A stretch of DNA of 63,771 bases, the filler included, from Octopus bimaculoides (lineage: Eukaryota), in NCBI RefSeq assembly GCF_001194135.2. It is 6 parts of 6 records of this genome, joined end to end, with 100 filler letters (N's around TTAATTAATTAA, not from the genome) between each part and the next. Parts side by side here need not be neighbours in the genome. Positions count along the whole stretch, not along the records: positions 1 to 29,489 come from NC_068983.1; 5 more parts are not named here. One strand, written 5' to 3'. Position numbers and translations under genes: made by a program. The notes under the pieces were generated by a model that was not told the DNA's origin, did no database searches, and worked only from the letters and a program-made list of their open reading frames with translations. Each line of letters begins with the position of its first letter. Position 1 is the stretch's first letter. Shown here piece after piece: positions 12,381 through 25,065 of the stretch.

Positions 12381-12899
12381 ATTATTCAGTTTTATTTCAA
12401 GATTTCTTGCCAATAGTCGAAAAGCCGGTCTGTAACCTAGATTCAAGGTTCCTTCATTGAAATTTCAACAACACCAACATATCATTTTTGTTTGTATATA
12501 TGCATATACACAGATCTGTATATTTTGTTTGAAGTATGTATTCTCATGCATATAGTTACATGTCTTGACATGCTCGTATATATTTAAATGATAAATTTCT
12601 GCCAAGTTTTGTTCGAGTTTTCACAGTTCGGTTGATTGCTTGAATCTGCAATCTTCAGATCAGCTTTCTCCATTCTCGCCCTCAGAAGCATTATTTTTCA
12701 AGAGTGGTATTTAGGCAACATGGTCCGTATCCCAGTACCCCAAGAATTACAAGTATAAACCTGAACTTGTAATCTGGAGAGATTAACTGCAGATTTTTCA
12801 ATAGTTCAGCGTAGGTATTCTCTTTTTCGCTGATCTTTAGCTTTATGTTAACAAGCGCTGAGCAGCTGATTTCCACAACTGTACACAGTTTCTCTTCTC
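12381..12899 (-). mobile_element. 3' end of an RLE-type (R4/Dong-like) LINE, 5'-truncated
   Basis: EKLCTVVEISCSALVNIKLKISEKENTYAELLKNLQLISPDYKFRFILVILGVLGYGPCCLNTTLEK: restriction-like endonuclease C-terminus (EI..EK..KY..L....P.IIGALG), plus 3' UTR. Confidence 0.8.
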
Positions 12900-14417
12900 T
12901 ATGTATGTATGTATGTATGTATGCATGCATGCATGCATGCATGTTTGTGTCTCACCATACCTGTTGGCATGTGTGCGCGAATACCTTTATATTCTTGTTG
13001 TGACGTTATATTGACGACTGCTTATGAGAATTCATTAAATATGAAAAGCGACTCTAAATTCCTTAAAAGTTAGATACGAAATATGATTTGAGGAGTAAAT
13101 ACATGAAGGAAAAGTGCGTTCCTATAGACAGAATTTTGCGTTACCTTTATAGGGTTCCCACTACAGTTTAACTAAAACCCTAGTCTTTTGTGAACAGGGT
13201 TATCTTAATTTCCTGTGCTCATTGAATATTTTGGTCTGATCTGTAATGATTGATGGCTATTCCAGAGCACAAAGCATACAGAAATTTTTCGATTACAAAA
13301 TTACATTGTAATGCAACAAAGGGATGGTCCACACGCACGTATATACACACACACATTCGTGTTTTGATATACACATATGCGTATGCGTATCAATATATCA
13401 TAATAACGTGATTATATATGTGCATTTATGAATATATGCATGTTCGTATGCATATAACTAATTAATTTTAATTGAAGCTGATAAAAATCAATGCGCTTCA
13501 TTGATGAGAAGAAACAGATAGGAATACATATTGAACTGAGATAAGCTAATTAAGTTGACTTCAGGGATAACGATATGTACTTCCTGAATAGAATTTCACC
13601 GGTATAGCTTCACATAAAATATGAAATTATCTGCATATTATCAATAAAACTTATCAATGTTTAATTTTTATTTCTATATATACGCTTTGCTTTATTGAGC
13701 TGGTTATGTATGAACAATTCGGCATTTGATTTTATATCATTTCACTTTAATTATGTATTTATTTTATATTCTTTCTTTCAGAAGCCTATAAATCGCATGA
13801 GAATTACTTCAGCAAATAGTACCATTTTCCCGAATTAAATTTTCGGAGAAATATTCAAGAGAATTTCCTCGAATTTTATTATATTAATTATATTCTTGGT
13901 TGATTGAAGAATGACAGCTTACTTCATTTATATCGGTAACATCCGTATGGTTACTTGCTTCGTCTATATTTAATACGTTGTAATACTGCATATTTTTACA
14001 GAATCTACTTTACATTCTAAAATCTCTATGAGAGGCTGACTCTCCTGTTTTTCTGTAATGGCACAATCCAAAAACCAATTATCCTCTCTAATCATGTAGC
14101 AGTCTACTTTCATTATGACTTTGTGTAAACCGGAAGTTATGTGTATGTGCTCATGCTTTTTCTATTTTAAATATTATGCTATTACAGACTTTATCGTTCA
14201 TCATTGTCTTTTATCTATCACTTGTTAATCATTTTAATATAGTCATACTGGGACATTTTAAGTTAGGTATGTATTTTATCAGTTCTCTTACCGAAACGCT
14301 AGATGACTAAGATGTATTCAAACACCTGTTGCCAAGCAGTGGGTGTCACAAACGCAATTACAAGCACGCACACACACGCACCCCCCCCCCCNNNNNNNNN
14401 NNNNNNNNNNNNNNNNN

Positions 14418-14451
<34 letters not shown>

Positions 14452-14805
14452 TGTTGTGTCTGGGGAGAGTCATTCTTTTTTGGTGCCTTCTGGTTTAACA
14501 TACCGCTAAAATTTTCAATAGTTTTGAGAGTCTAAAACTTTTGAAAAGGTTGCAAGACGCAACGAAAATTTTAGAAAAGTAAAACAGAAATAATTTGAAA
14601 TTTTACCGGTGAGTGTGTTAAATTATAAGGCACTAAAAAAAGAATGACTCTCCCTGGACATAACAGAATATGCTTCAACACACGAACTCACATAAAGAAT
14701 CTTGCAAACCAAATCCCCAAACGAAATATATATATATATAAGTTTAATTTAGAATTAAGGCTTAGAACGGAGACATCAAAATGCAGTATCCAAATCTTGT
14801 TTCAG

Positions 14806-14923
14806 GTACGTCCCAGGAAGTGTGCCTGCAGAGGACGTTCACCACTTATGGCAACCTGGAGCCGTCTGTTTTACTGCAGTTTCACCACTGGTCCTACGTC
14901 AGGCATCCGCAAGCACAAGTTGG
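14806..14923 (+). CDS. Candidate 118-nt exon of unknown product, possibly spliced across a 78-nt intron to a terminal exon at 15002
   Basis: tcttgtttcag acceptor, GC-rich island, all three plus frames open, ttgg|gtatat donor, next acceptor gtttcggttgcag. Confidence 0.4.
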
Positions 14924-15120
14924 GTATATTTTAAATGACTGATATGGAAGATGGTGTGTAATTAGAAGCTTTATTTAAAACAACAATTGTTTCGGTTGCA
15001 GAATGCAGCCAAGACGATTGTTTTGCTAACTAAACCGTCTAGTTACACTCGGCCTTCTGCATCAATCATTTACAGTGTATATATGTACATATATGTGTGT
15101 GTGTGTGTGTATGCGAATAG

Positions 15121-15385
15121 TTTTAAGCGGTGTCGAGCTTTACAATTCTGTAAATAATAACAATTGTATTTTTTATAAGCTTAAAGCTTACAACGATTAC
15201 CGTGCATTTGACTAAGAAAAATAGTAGGCTTTCCCCGTACGCGTGGGACTCGAACCCACATTTATAAAACTCGACACCGCTTAACAAAACCATTTGCACG
15301 ATGATCGTTATAAGATTTAAACTTTAAAAAAAACACATTATTATTATTATTTGTAGAATTGTAAAACATGACACCGCTTAACAAA
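15121..15385. mobile_element. Small inverted-repeat element (~90-bp arms) enclosing a tRNA T-arm/B-box
   Basis: 15123-15210 is the reverse complement of 15291-15381; GTGGGACTCGAACCCAC at 15243-15259. Confidence 0.6.
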
Positions 15386-16979
15386 AACATTCTCACCGAA
15401 AGCACAAAGTTTGTTTACAAAAACAACTATGAACTAATATAGTTCTTAAATTTGGTGCGGTATGGTGGCTTGCGTGCGCTAATGAATCTGAGAAATTTAA
15501 TATAGCATCTCGTAATGGAGAGATCAAAGGGTAAAGTAATATGATCCCTCTTTTCTAAGAGGTAAACCAGAGTTTCCGTTGAGCCAACAGAAGCATCAGT
15601 GATAATTAGTTTATCAACAAGACCCAGGTAAGGAAATCTTCGTCCACGGAAACGTAACCACCCACTGAAGAAATCACCCTGAAGACAGTCTGGAGTCGAG
15701 AACAGTGGAGAAAAGTCGTCGAAGACCACTGCTCCACGGGGAGCGACGGGCTTAAGCATGTAATGAGTATATTTTTCGATATTTATTGTAAATATTTCTT
15801 TACGCTGGCGTCTGGGTGGTGTATTCTAAACAGAGCCACTATCTTAATTGTCTGCTTTGTTAATCTCCTGATTGAGAATGTAACTATTACGTATTACTAG
15901 AACTACACCAATAACGATACTTATTAGCTTATATTTCACAGTGAACTCCGAAGTTCTTAATCTAGTCTATTCTTTGTTTGTTACGCGCTGTCTTGTTTAT
16001 TAATTCTTCACAAATATGTGTAAGTCAGTGATTAGTATAATCCGTTTATATATGTTTCCTTGTTATAATAAATTTTAATAATATTCTTCTTGCGAAATAC
16101 ACATTTCAACATGTTCCTAGAAAACATAAGTTTCCTGTGTTGGCGTCTAGGTGATGCATTCTAAACGCAGTTATTACTTTTGTTTCTTTCTTAATTGCTC
16201 TCGCTAATTCATTTAGTTTTCAGTTTGGAATATTACAAGTACAACTTATTAGTGAAAGAGTTAAAGTTTTGATAAATGTTACTTTAGTTTCTCATTTAGC
16301 TCAGTTGTTTTAAGTTAATCTAATATATCTATAATACATGTTCACAAAATATTCGTTCATTTGAGCGTGTCTTACGCATTTGCTTTTCGTGTCTTTTTTA
16401 TTAATCGTCCTAAATGTTTTTCCTTATTTAAAATGACATTAGTATTTTTTTAATTTTCCTCTCATCATATTTTCTTCGCTGCATTTTCAAACCAAATTTC
16501 ATTTCAAGACTTCTGCACAATCCATTTGTTTCCACATTTTTATAATAATCTGGAATGTTTAGCACAAAAGAAAGCTGCTTCACGGTTCTGAGCAAGATCT
16601 AATAACAAGAAATCAAATCGCTAAATTAACAAGAAAAGTAAAAGTTAGCGGTGAAGAAAATAAATTAAATTAACAACTGGATATCACTCCACTCGTTCAC
16701 TTAAAATAAGTCTTCCTAGTACAGGTAAAATGTTTGGAATTCTGGTGGGACGTCGCTAGTCGATAACATCGAACCCGGTACTATAGTAAAATCTTTTTTT
16801 TTTTTTTTTGAAGGATAAAAAAAGTCGATCTCGACTAAATTTGAACTCAGGACGTAAAGCCGGAAGAAATGTTATTAGGTTCAACGCATTAATTACTCTG
16901 CCATCTCGCTGCCTGCTTTCATTTATAAGTAATGAATCACGAATGTTTAAATTGGTTGGCTTTTAAGCTCCATATGTGA

Positions 16980-18950
16980 AACAAACAGCCGGAATACAAG
17001 TGAAATCTCTACCAAATAGGTTCAGCACAAAACATAGAGGAGCTCACACATATTACTAACAACCCCAACGAAAACCGTATTGTGCAACCACATTTATACG
17101 AAGAAATGTGTACATCATCAAACAAAGATAATTGTCTACACAACAAAAATTAGGTAAAACCCAAATAAACACTGCCAGTCTTCTGCTCAATTCACACAAA
17201 TGAAAATTAGCAGAATATGCTTATATTCAACACAAAGATTTTACCGATAATCTCTCCGACAATGAATAATTTTGTTAAAAGGCTGGAGGGAAAATATTTA
17301 CGGTCTAAAGGTAATATTTGATCCTCACAGACTATCGGGTTTAGAAGACCTAAAAGAAATATCAAATATAACACTAGAACGATGAAAAGAACATGCCGAA
17401 AATACAAGAAGATTTTTTTTCTTTATCTTTTTTTTTACTTCATTTATTCATTGGATCTCGGTTATTGTGGTGTACCGTCAAGTTGCTTCAGCTGAACAAA
17501 TCGATTTATTTTTAAGGGTGGTACTTATTTTATAGTTTTCTTTGCCAAACAAACAACGAGCAGTGGACTGGAGGTTAACACACATATAAACATAGAAGAC
17601 GGCTTCCATATAATTTTCGTCTACCAAATTCAATGACAATCCTTTGGTTGACCAAGGAAATACTGGAAGACACTCGCTGAATGTGCCGCGCAGTGGAACA
17701 GAACCCGAAATCACGACTTTGTAAAACAAACTTCTAAATTACAAAAGCTTGTAAAAATTAAAATACATGAATAAAAAATTGAGCACATAAACCGCGAAGA
17801 TAGGTGCGAAATGTGTGAAGCAAATTACAGAACAAAATAACCTGTAAACATAACTTATACCACAAAGAAAAATATTAAGAGATACTAAAAAAAGATTGAA
17901 GAATAAAATATCCTGGGGTGAAACATTTTTAGAACGAAAAGCGATAGATCTTCTCTGAAGCGACGAAAACCTACCAACAGCGATGTAACTTAACGATAGA
18001 ATAATAACAATAATATAAAAATCAAAATCTGGTCATCGTAGATTTAGTAGGGATGGGTATAAGAATCAATAGTTCCAGAATAAACAGAATTGTAGTCGCC
18101 AAAATGATTACAAAGGAAAGTAGGTTCTTTAGCAGGTTTATATATGTGGGGTTATGAAATCCCTAAGTACTTCGAATGCATGTATATAGTGGAATATAAA
18201 AATAAGATTTGATAAAGGATACGATCTTTCCCCTCTGTTAAATCACTAAAGGAAAGACACAAATATATAAGAAAAAAGAAAAATACTATACATTTAGAAC
18301 ATAACACAATTGAAGTGTCTTCTATCAAAGAACATCGGAAACAATACATCCGTTATAAAGACTCTGCCGTTAACAAAGTTGATAACGATTCTTTGAATAA
18401 AACAATCAAGCGACGACAATCCTAAAAAGCAAACATGACCAAGGGGAAAGAATAAAAACCACTTCAGCGGCAAGAAAAGTAGAATTATTCTCAGAAGAAC
18501 AATAATGTTTGCGACAGCATGAGTATCATCAAGGGCGATATCGTTTAATATTGAAAACAATTCGAATGCCATATCAGCTTCAAACGGAGGAGAGGTGCTA
18601 TAAACAAAAGTCAACAAGAAAAAGTGATAGAAAGAAGAGTAAAGAACAAAACACCAACTTTAATTTGTAATGATAAACAAGCATATTTAAAAGCACAATA
18701 TTCTAAAGAAATATTTAATAACTGACATAAAGAGCTAGAAAAATACCTGGCATATAAATTACCAATGCTACACATTTGCATATATACAGAAAATGCAGAC
18801 ATTTCTTTTTTATGTAGAGTATTTTGAATATAATAGGAAACACACGACCACGTTATTTGACTGCAAAGCAATCAGAACTCGGTTTATAGCAGGCGTAATT
18901 GACAAACCTACGCATTTCATAATTTCTGGCATAATGTCATCACTTTTGAT
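16980..18950 (+). mobile_element. Very decayed RLE-type LINE RT region, interrupted by a SINE at 17480-17730
   Basis: A-rich strand with residual motifs (IKIRFDKG..LSPLL similar to IKRGIFQGDSLSPLL; EY...R.RLILKT); related minus-strand scraps FRIHHPDA / FRMHHLDA at ~15790-15870 and ~16130-16210. Confidence 0.35.
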
Positions 18951-18999
18951 GGGAAGTGTTGAGTTGATTACATCGACCCCAGTACCGTACTGGTAATTA

Positions 19000-19572
19000 T
19001 TTTATCTCGAAATCGAACCAAATTCGATGACTGGCACCCATACCAACTTTGGGCAGTAAACGTTGCTTGCGAAGAGCTGTTGGGGCAAGTGAAATCGTAA
19101 CTGAACCAAATTCGATGACCGGCACCCGTGCCAGTGGAGCGCTAACAGCACCATCCGAGCGGGATCACTGCCAGAGCAGCGGTTTGGCTTCCGTGCCGGT
19201 GGCACGTTAAAAGCACCATTTGAGCGTGATCGTTACCAGCGTCTCCTTACTGGCACTTGTGCCGGTGGCACGTAAATAGAATATTCGAGCGAGGTCGTTA
19301 CCAGCGCCGCTGGACTGTCTCCTGTGCAGGTGGCACGTAAAAACGCCATTTGAGCGTGACTGTTGCCAGTACCGCCTGACTGGCCCTCGGGCCGGTGACA
19401 CGTAAAAGCACCCACTACACTCTCGGAGTGGTTGGCGTTAGGAAGGGTATCCAGCTGTAGAAACTCTGCCAAATCAGATTGGTGCCTGGTGCAGCCATCC
19501 GGTTCGCCAGTCCTTAGTCAAATCGTCCAACCCATGCTAGTATGGAAGGCGGTCGTTAATCGATGTTGATTA
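19000..19572 (+). mobile_element. 3' UTR and tail of an RTE-clade LINE
   Basis: gtggttggcgttaggaagggtatccagctgtagaaac...ccaacccatgctagtatggaaggcggtcgttaatcgatgttgat; the same tail recurs at 34720-34855 and 56100-56415. Confidence 0.75.
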
Positions 19573-19739
19573 AACGAACTCCGAATGTATCAAATGCAGA
19601 GTCGACGTCGGTGGAATTTGAATTCTGAACACGGAACGCTTGAATTTTATTTGATTTTAGGCATTGTATAAGACGCTCACACGATTCAGCCTGCTCCTCT
19701 GAATAATAATGATCCTTTCTACTGGAGGCTGAGGGTTTC

Positions 19740-20700
19740 AAATTTGTGGGTAGGGGACTAGTCAATTTCATGGATCCCTGTCTTTCCCTGGTATTTTATT
19801 TATCTACTCTGAAAGGATGACAGGAAAAGTCGACCTCGGTGGAATTTGACCTCGGAACATAAAAACGGACGAAATGTCACTAACTATTTTGCCCAGTGTG
19901 CTAACGGTTCTGTCAGCTCACCGCTTTAATAATAATAATAACAACAACAGTAATATTAAGGTGATGAGTTGGCAGAATCGTTAGCACGCCGGACGAAATG
20001 CTTATCGGTATTTCGTCTGCCGTTACGTTCTGAGTTCAAATTCCGCCGAGGTCGAATTTGCCTTTCATCCTTTCGGGGTCGATAAATTAAGTACCAGTTA
20101 CGCACTGGCGTCGATGTAATCGACTTAATCCGTTCGTCTGTTCTTGTTTGTTCCCTCTATGTTTAGCCCCTTGTGGGCAATAACGAAATAGGTATTTCGT
20201 CCGTCTTCCCGTTCTGAATTCACATTCCGCCGAGATCGACTTTGCATTTTCTCCTTTCGGTATCAATAAATTAAGTATCAATAAATTAAGGGAAATACGG
20301 GGTTGGGGGTCGGTGGGATCGACTAACCCCCAAATTTCAGGCCTTGTGTCTATAGTAGAAATGATTATTGTTATTATTTATTATTATGATTATTATTAAT
20401 AATCCTTTTTAATATAGGTACAAGTCCTGAAATTTTGGCAGAGAGGATTAGTCGATTACACCGACCCCAGTGTTTCACTGGTACTTACTTTATCGACCCC
20501 GAAAGGATGAAAGGCAAAGTCAACCTCGGCGGAATTTGAACTCCGAACATTCAAATGCCGCAGAGGTCGATTTTGCTTTCATCATCTTGGGATCGATAAA
20601 ATAAGTACCAGTTGAATACGGAGGTCGACTTAATCGACTAGACTCCTCCCTCCAAATTGCTACCCTTCTGAAAGAAGTTTGAAACAACAATAATATTTTT
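19740..20700. mobile_element. Cluster of tRNA-derived SINEs with a Nin-like central domain (family 2), both orientations
   Basis: ggcagaatcgttagcacgccgg..gttctgagttcaaattccgccgaggtcga..gcctttcatcctttcggggtcgataaattaagtaccag; further copies at ~11380-11540, 16760-16915, 21560-21710, 22745-22950, 28295-28400, 33000-33170, 47160-47420. Confidence 0.85.
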
Positions 20701-20780
20701 TTCTATTTGAAATACAAGACCCTGTAATAAAAAGGTGTGCAAAGCAACTCGCCTAGTTATAATCAAGGTCTGGGGACAAA

Positions 20781-21047
20781 ATGCCAACATTTGATAGATA
20801 TAGTCATCCCTTTTTACTGTATAATTGCTTGGAGAGCGTGAAGAAATTGCGAAAGTATAACGGTATTGAAATTGAAATAAGAAGAATTTGGTTCATCAAA
20901 GGGAATATAGTGTCAATAATAATTGGATCACTGCGAATGATGAAATATATAACATCAATATATAAAGTAAACAAGCTTGAAGAAAAGAAAGAGCTTGAGA
21001 AAATGGAATTACTAAAAGCTTGTTGTATGACACTTCGGAAAATGTGA
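20781..21047 (+). mobile_element. RLE-type LINE extreme C-terminus fragment
   Basis: KY.GIEIEIRRIW...IVSIIIGSL...LLKAC..TLRK matches the R4/Dong terminal motif. Confidence 0.65.
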
Positions 21048-21835
21048 GAACAAAGTATTTGAATTAAAACAGAAAGAGTTTAGATGGACGTTAACGACGT
21101 CAAACCATTACGCTAAAGGACACGCTATTTTCAAAGAGAACTCAAATAGGCTGGAAGGAGAATATTGCAGGAAAACCATAAGCGCAATAGAATAGTTCAA
21201 TATAAAATGCTTTGAAGGGAAGAGAAAAATGCATTAGCAAGTGAACTATGGCTAGTAATAACTGACTAAATACACACGAAATAATTAAGAACAGAAGGCA
21301 ATTGCAAAGCACCATCCCCAATATTAACAAAGCTCCCAGTATTTAATGAAGTGTTACGTAGACCAGATTCAACACGTGAAGAGGAAAATAACTTCAAGTC
21401 TCCAAAAACAAAACAGACTCCGTAAACAGCAGGCGTATAATTTGACTGCCAACTGAAAGAAGTGCTTTATTGTGTGTACTTTGGTTGGGAATGCGGGATT
21501 CAATAAAAACAATTTTACAAACAAAACAAAATGAAAAAATTACATAAGGACTACAGACAATATACCAAGTCCTCCGAGGTCGATTTTAACTTTCATTCTT
21601 TCAGAGTCGATAAAAACAAGAACCAACTGAGCACTAGGGTTGATGTAATCGACTTATGCCCTCCCCTGTATTGCTGACCTTCAGCCAAAATTTGAAACTA
21701 ATATTAAAATAATAATTCAACCCAATACAACAACTGAAATAATAGGTATATATAATTTAACAATGTTCACCACAACTCATTGATGTTAAGCTAAAAAGGA
21801 GCCAAATTTGAACATCAACAGGCGTCCATATAACT

Positions 21836-22660
21836 GTGGATGTATACTATAACATACTATTTGAAGGACAAGTAAGATACGTAGAAACGATTGGGATAAC
21901 TAACAAGAGCGTAAGAGAACTGTTAAAATCAGAAACAGACGTTCTGACTATAGGTGCACAGAAATACTACCGCATCGCAAATAATGAAAAGAAAAGAAAG
22001 AACGAGGAAGAAAAATGTGTAGATATCAGTTGCAGTGTTTTCTGTCAGTGCAATGAGATAAGTGAGGATATTACTTCTGACTCACTAGTCCTGGTCAAAT
22101 CCCAGTATATTTCCAGTCACGATTGAGTGGATAACAATATCTGCCGGGAAATATACCGACTCTTCGACGTCAAAACAGTTAAACGGTGATATAAGTATGT
22201 AACAAGTCCCATACTTGACAACAACCGTTTGTAATCATCTGAGATTGTCTGTCTAGAACTGCGAAGAACGTCAGGGCAGTCATCCGTCCATAATTATCAA
22301 GGATGATAAACACATCTGCAATTTGAGGAATGTTTTAATGCTTTAGCACAAAACATATTTCTAGGAAGGCTGAGAGACTTAAAAAAACAAACGTAGATAA
22401 GATTCCCGAGGTAAAGGAAACTACAAATAGAAGCAAGGAATATGGCGTATCAGAATAATACATTGAACAGAGCGTAAGGTATCTTAAAGGTATCTAGATA
22501 AATATGCAGGCCTCACAACATTAGCCATACACCAACATAGGCTTCCTAGACACGGCGTACATTCTGCGCAAATTAATTTCAAATGAATAGTGCAAATCCA
22601 TTATGGTACTCTCTACCTTAACACACAGAATAAAAGACCATCAAACTAATACAACCCACG
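21836..22660 (+). mobile_element. Decayed RLE-type (R4/Dong-like) LINE 3' portion: zinc-knuckle region to end
   Basis: LKSETDVLTIGAQ..C..C...EDITS...LVKSQYISSHD (cf. LK.ETEG.I.AAQ..CR.C...ETI.HI.SGC..LA..EY..RHD) and terminal FLDTAYILRKLIS. Confidence 0.7.
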
Positions 22661-23146
22661 AAACAAATTAATACTTTGCCCGGCGTGCTAACGATTCTGC
22701 CATATCGCCGTCTTAATTATATTTATAATAATAATATGTTTTTTACAAGACGGCGAGCTGACAGAAACGTTAGCATGCCGGTTGATAATGTTTAGTGGTA
22801 TTTCGTCTGTCTTTATGTTCTGAGTTCAAATTCCACCGAGGTCGACTTTGCCTTTCAGCCTTTCGGAGTTGATAAACTAAGTACCAGTTACGCACTGGAG
22901 TCGATGTAATCGACTTAATCCGTTTGTCCTTGTTTGTCCCCTCTGTGTATAGTGGTGCTAGTGGTGGTGGCGGCAGCAATGGAGGCTTTACTTTTGTTAT
23001 TGCTGTTGTTATTGTTGCTGAACCGATGAATGTTATATTTGTAATTGTTATTGTCTTTAGAAAAGATGGATTTCGCGATAGAATCTCTTCTGTTAATATA
23101 TAATGTTTTCAATTTATTTCAGACTGATATAGAGAATAATCTAGAG

Positions 23147-23499
23147 CAGGGGTCCTCAATTGTTTTTTTTTTAATCTATGGACCCCATCGGTCCCTACTT
23201 TATTCCGGTGAACCCCCATATCCATTCGATGTTTAAAAACTAGTTTTATTGAAATCTCTTTCAAAATTCCTATTTTCTCTTTCAAGCATTAACATGTTCA
23301 ATTTCAATAAAGTAGAACATTAGAGAAAGAAACCTAGAAATTTCTTGCAATACATTCCAATGCATATATTTAAAGCAACATCTTTTCATGGGCCCTTAAA
23401 ATACTATTGTGGATCACTACTTTACTATTTTGTTATATGGATCACCAAAATCATATATGGACCCTCAAAAGCCATACGGACCCTGGTTGAGAATCACTG
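23147..23499. mobile_element. hAT (Charlie-like) MITE
   Basis: TIRs CAGGGGTCCTCAA / TTGAGAATCACTG; flanks atctagag / atgtaggg resemble an 8-bp NTCTAGAN-type TSD. Confidence 0.8.
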
Positions 23500-25065
23500 A
23501 TGTAGGGTTTTCTTCTCTACACAATCCTTTTTTTGTCTCTTTTCTCTTTCCGACTTCTTTACCGCACCATGCCAATTTCAAAAACTGATTTCAATTCCGT
23601 TGATCATAATAAAGATTAAGAGAAAGAAATTTCACATGGGCAATAGGTGCCCATGAATGTAGACCTTTCAATAAAAAACCTCAACCAGCACTTTATTCTT
23701 AAACTGACGATAACGATGACGACGGGGGTGACGGTCGTTGGAGGGGGATGTGATGGTGGTCGTCGGGATCTTAATTATGATGACGTCAACTACGTCGATG
23801 ATGACAGTAAGTGCCAATAGAATTTATTTGCACTCTTAAGGGAAATTATAAAAATACACATAATCACACACACATATGTACATATGCATGAATATATACA
23901 TATAAATATATATTCATATATGTAAACATACATATATAAATATAAATATATATATATTTATATATTTATTTATATGTATATTTGTTGATATATGTCACCT
24001 GAATATTTCGAGTATAAGCTATATTCTATACACATCTTAAGCAGCCCTATAACAACCTCAACATATCAAAGAATTCAATGAAAGTTCAATTCTCCTTTTC
24101 AATGACAGTTAAATTCTCCTTTTCAATGACTTCCTTAGTTTTAATATTTTCCTGCTTCCAGCATTCTCCTAATTAGTAAGTTAAGAGATAATTTAGAAGG
24201 TTTCATGTTATTTCACTTGAGTTACAAAGTATGAAGAGACAGTTAACAGAATCACTTGTAAACCAGTAACGGTATGCGGTTGGATTTAGTACTGAATCTT
24301 AAAATGTATTATTATATCAAATTATAGAAGTAATATCGGTTGGTAGTTCAATGTAAAGACAGTAATCATTTCATGAGAAACAATGTATCTCCATTACTAG
24401 AAATTTGAATACTGATAAGTGCTTGAATGTAAAAAAAAACATATTTTTTGCTCAGGCATTAACAGAAGTATAAAAATGTTTAGACTGTTTTTCCTGAACA
24501 ACCTATTTGGTTATTGAACAGATATTCTGTTAGACATGAATGAACTATGACTATAAATCTATAATTTAGCACGAAAATAAATTAGTTTACAAATTTCAAA
24601 GTATTTTCAGTGGAATAAATATGTTCTATCTATCACATTTATGGAAATTACAGGTTTTCAATTTGATACACGCATTAAAGTTTTCCAAAATCGTTAGGAG
24701 TGTGGAGGTTAATTACACTGTTGCTCTGCAGCAAACATTTAATAGGACAGGTTTATGGCTTTTGAAGTAAATCAGCATTCGAACGTTTGGTTCCTATACA
24801 AACGATTTAGGGTAATACTAAAACATGAATAATTCCAATCACTTTGCTCTAATAAAGTAATAAAAAAAGCATTATCATAAACAGGAATGCCGGTCGAAAA
24901 TTGTGCAGTAGAATCTAATAATGTGATAGACGAAAAAAAAATTGTTATAATCTTAAAATATAGTGTCATAATATTAAAATTCAGTTGTTCTAATATCAGC
25001 AGATATTCAATAAATATATGTGAATGCTAAATGCACAAGGCCGACATGTTACTCGGACTTTCCAT

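Noticed and set aside
14871-14903. Minus-strand CTGACGTAGG-ACC-AGT-GGT-GAAAC-TGCA-GTA hammerhead candidate
   Set aside because: Core disrupted and no stem I; such GAAAC-palindrome-GT hits can occur by chance in a window this size
15230-15265. tRNA gene
   Set aside because: Only a T-arm is present; no acceptor stem, D-arm or anticodon arm can be built. SINE heads elsewhere are likewise tRNA-derived, not tRNA genes
15427-15759. 110-aa minus-strand ORF (GAVVFDDF looks like a Walker B motif)
   Set aside because: The plus strand has RTE-like terminal relics (LRALMN.., RPRKR, REQWRKVV), so the ORF is more likely a shadow of a decayed LINE; no other ATPase motifs
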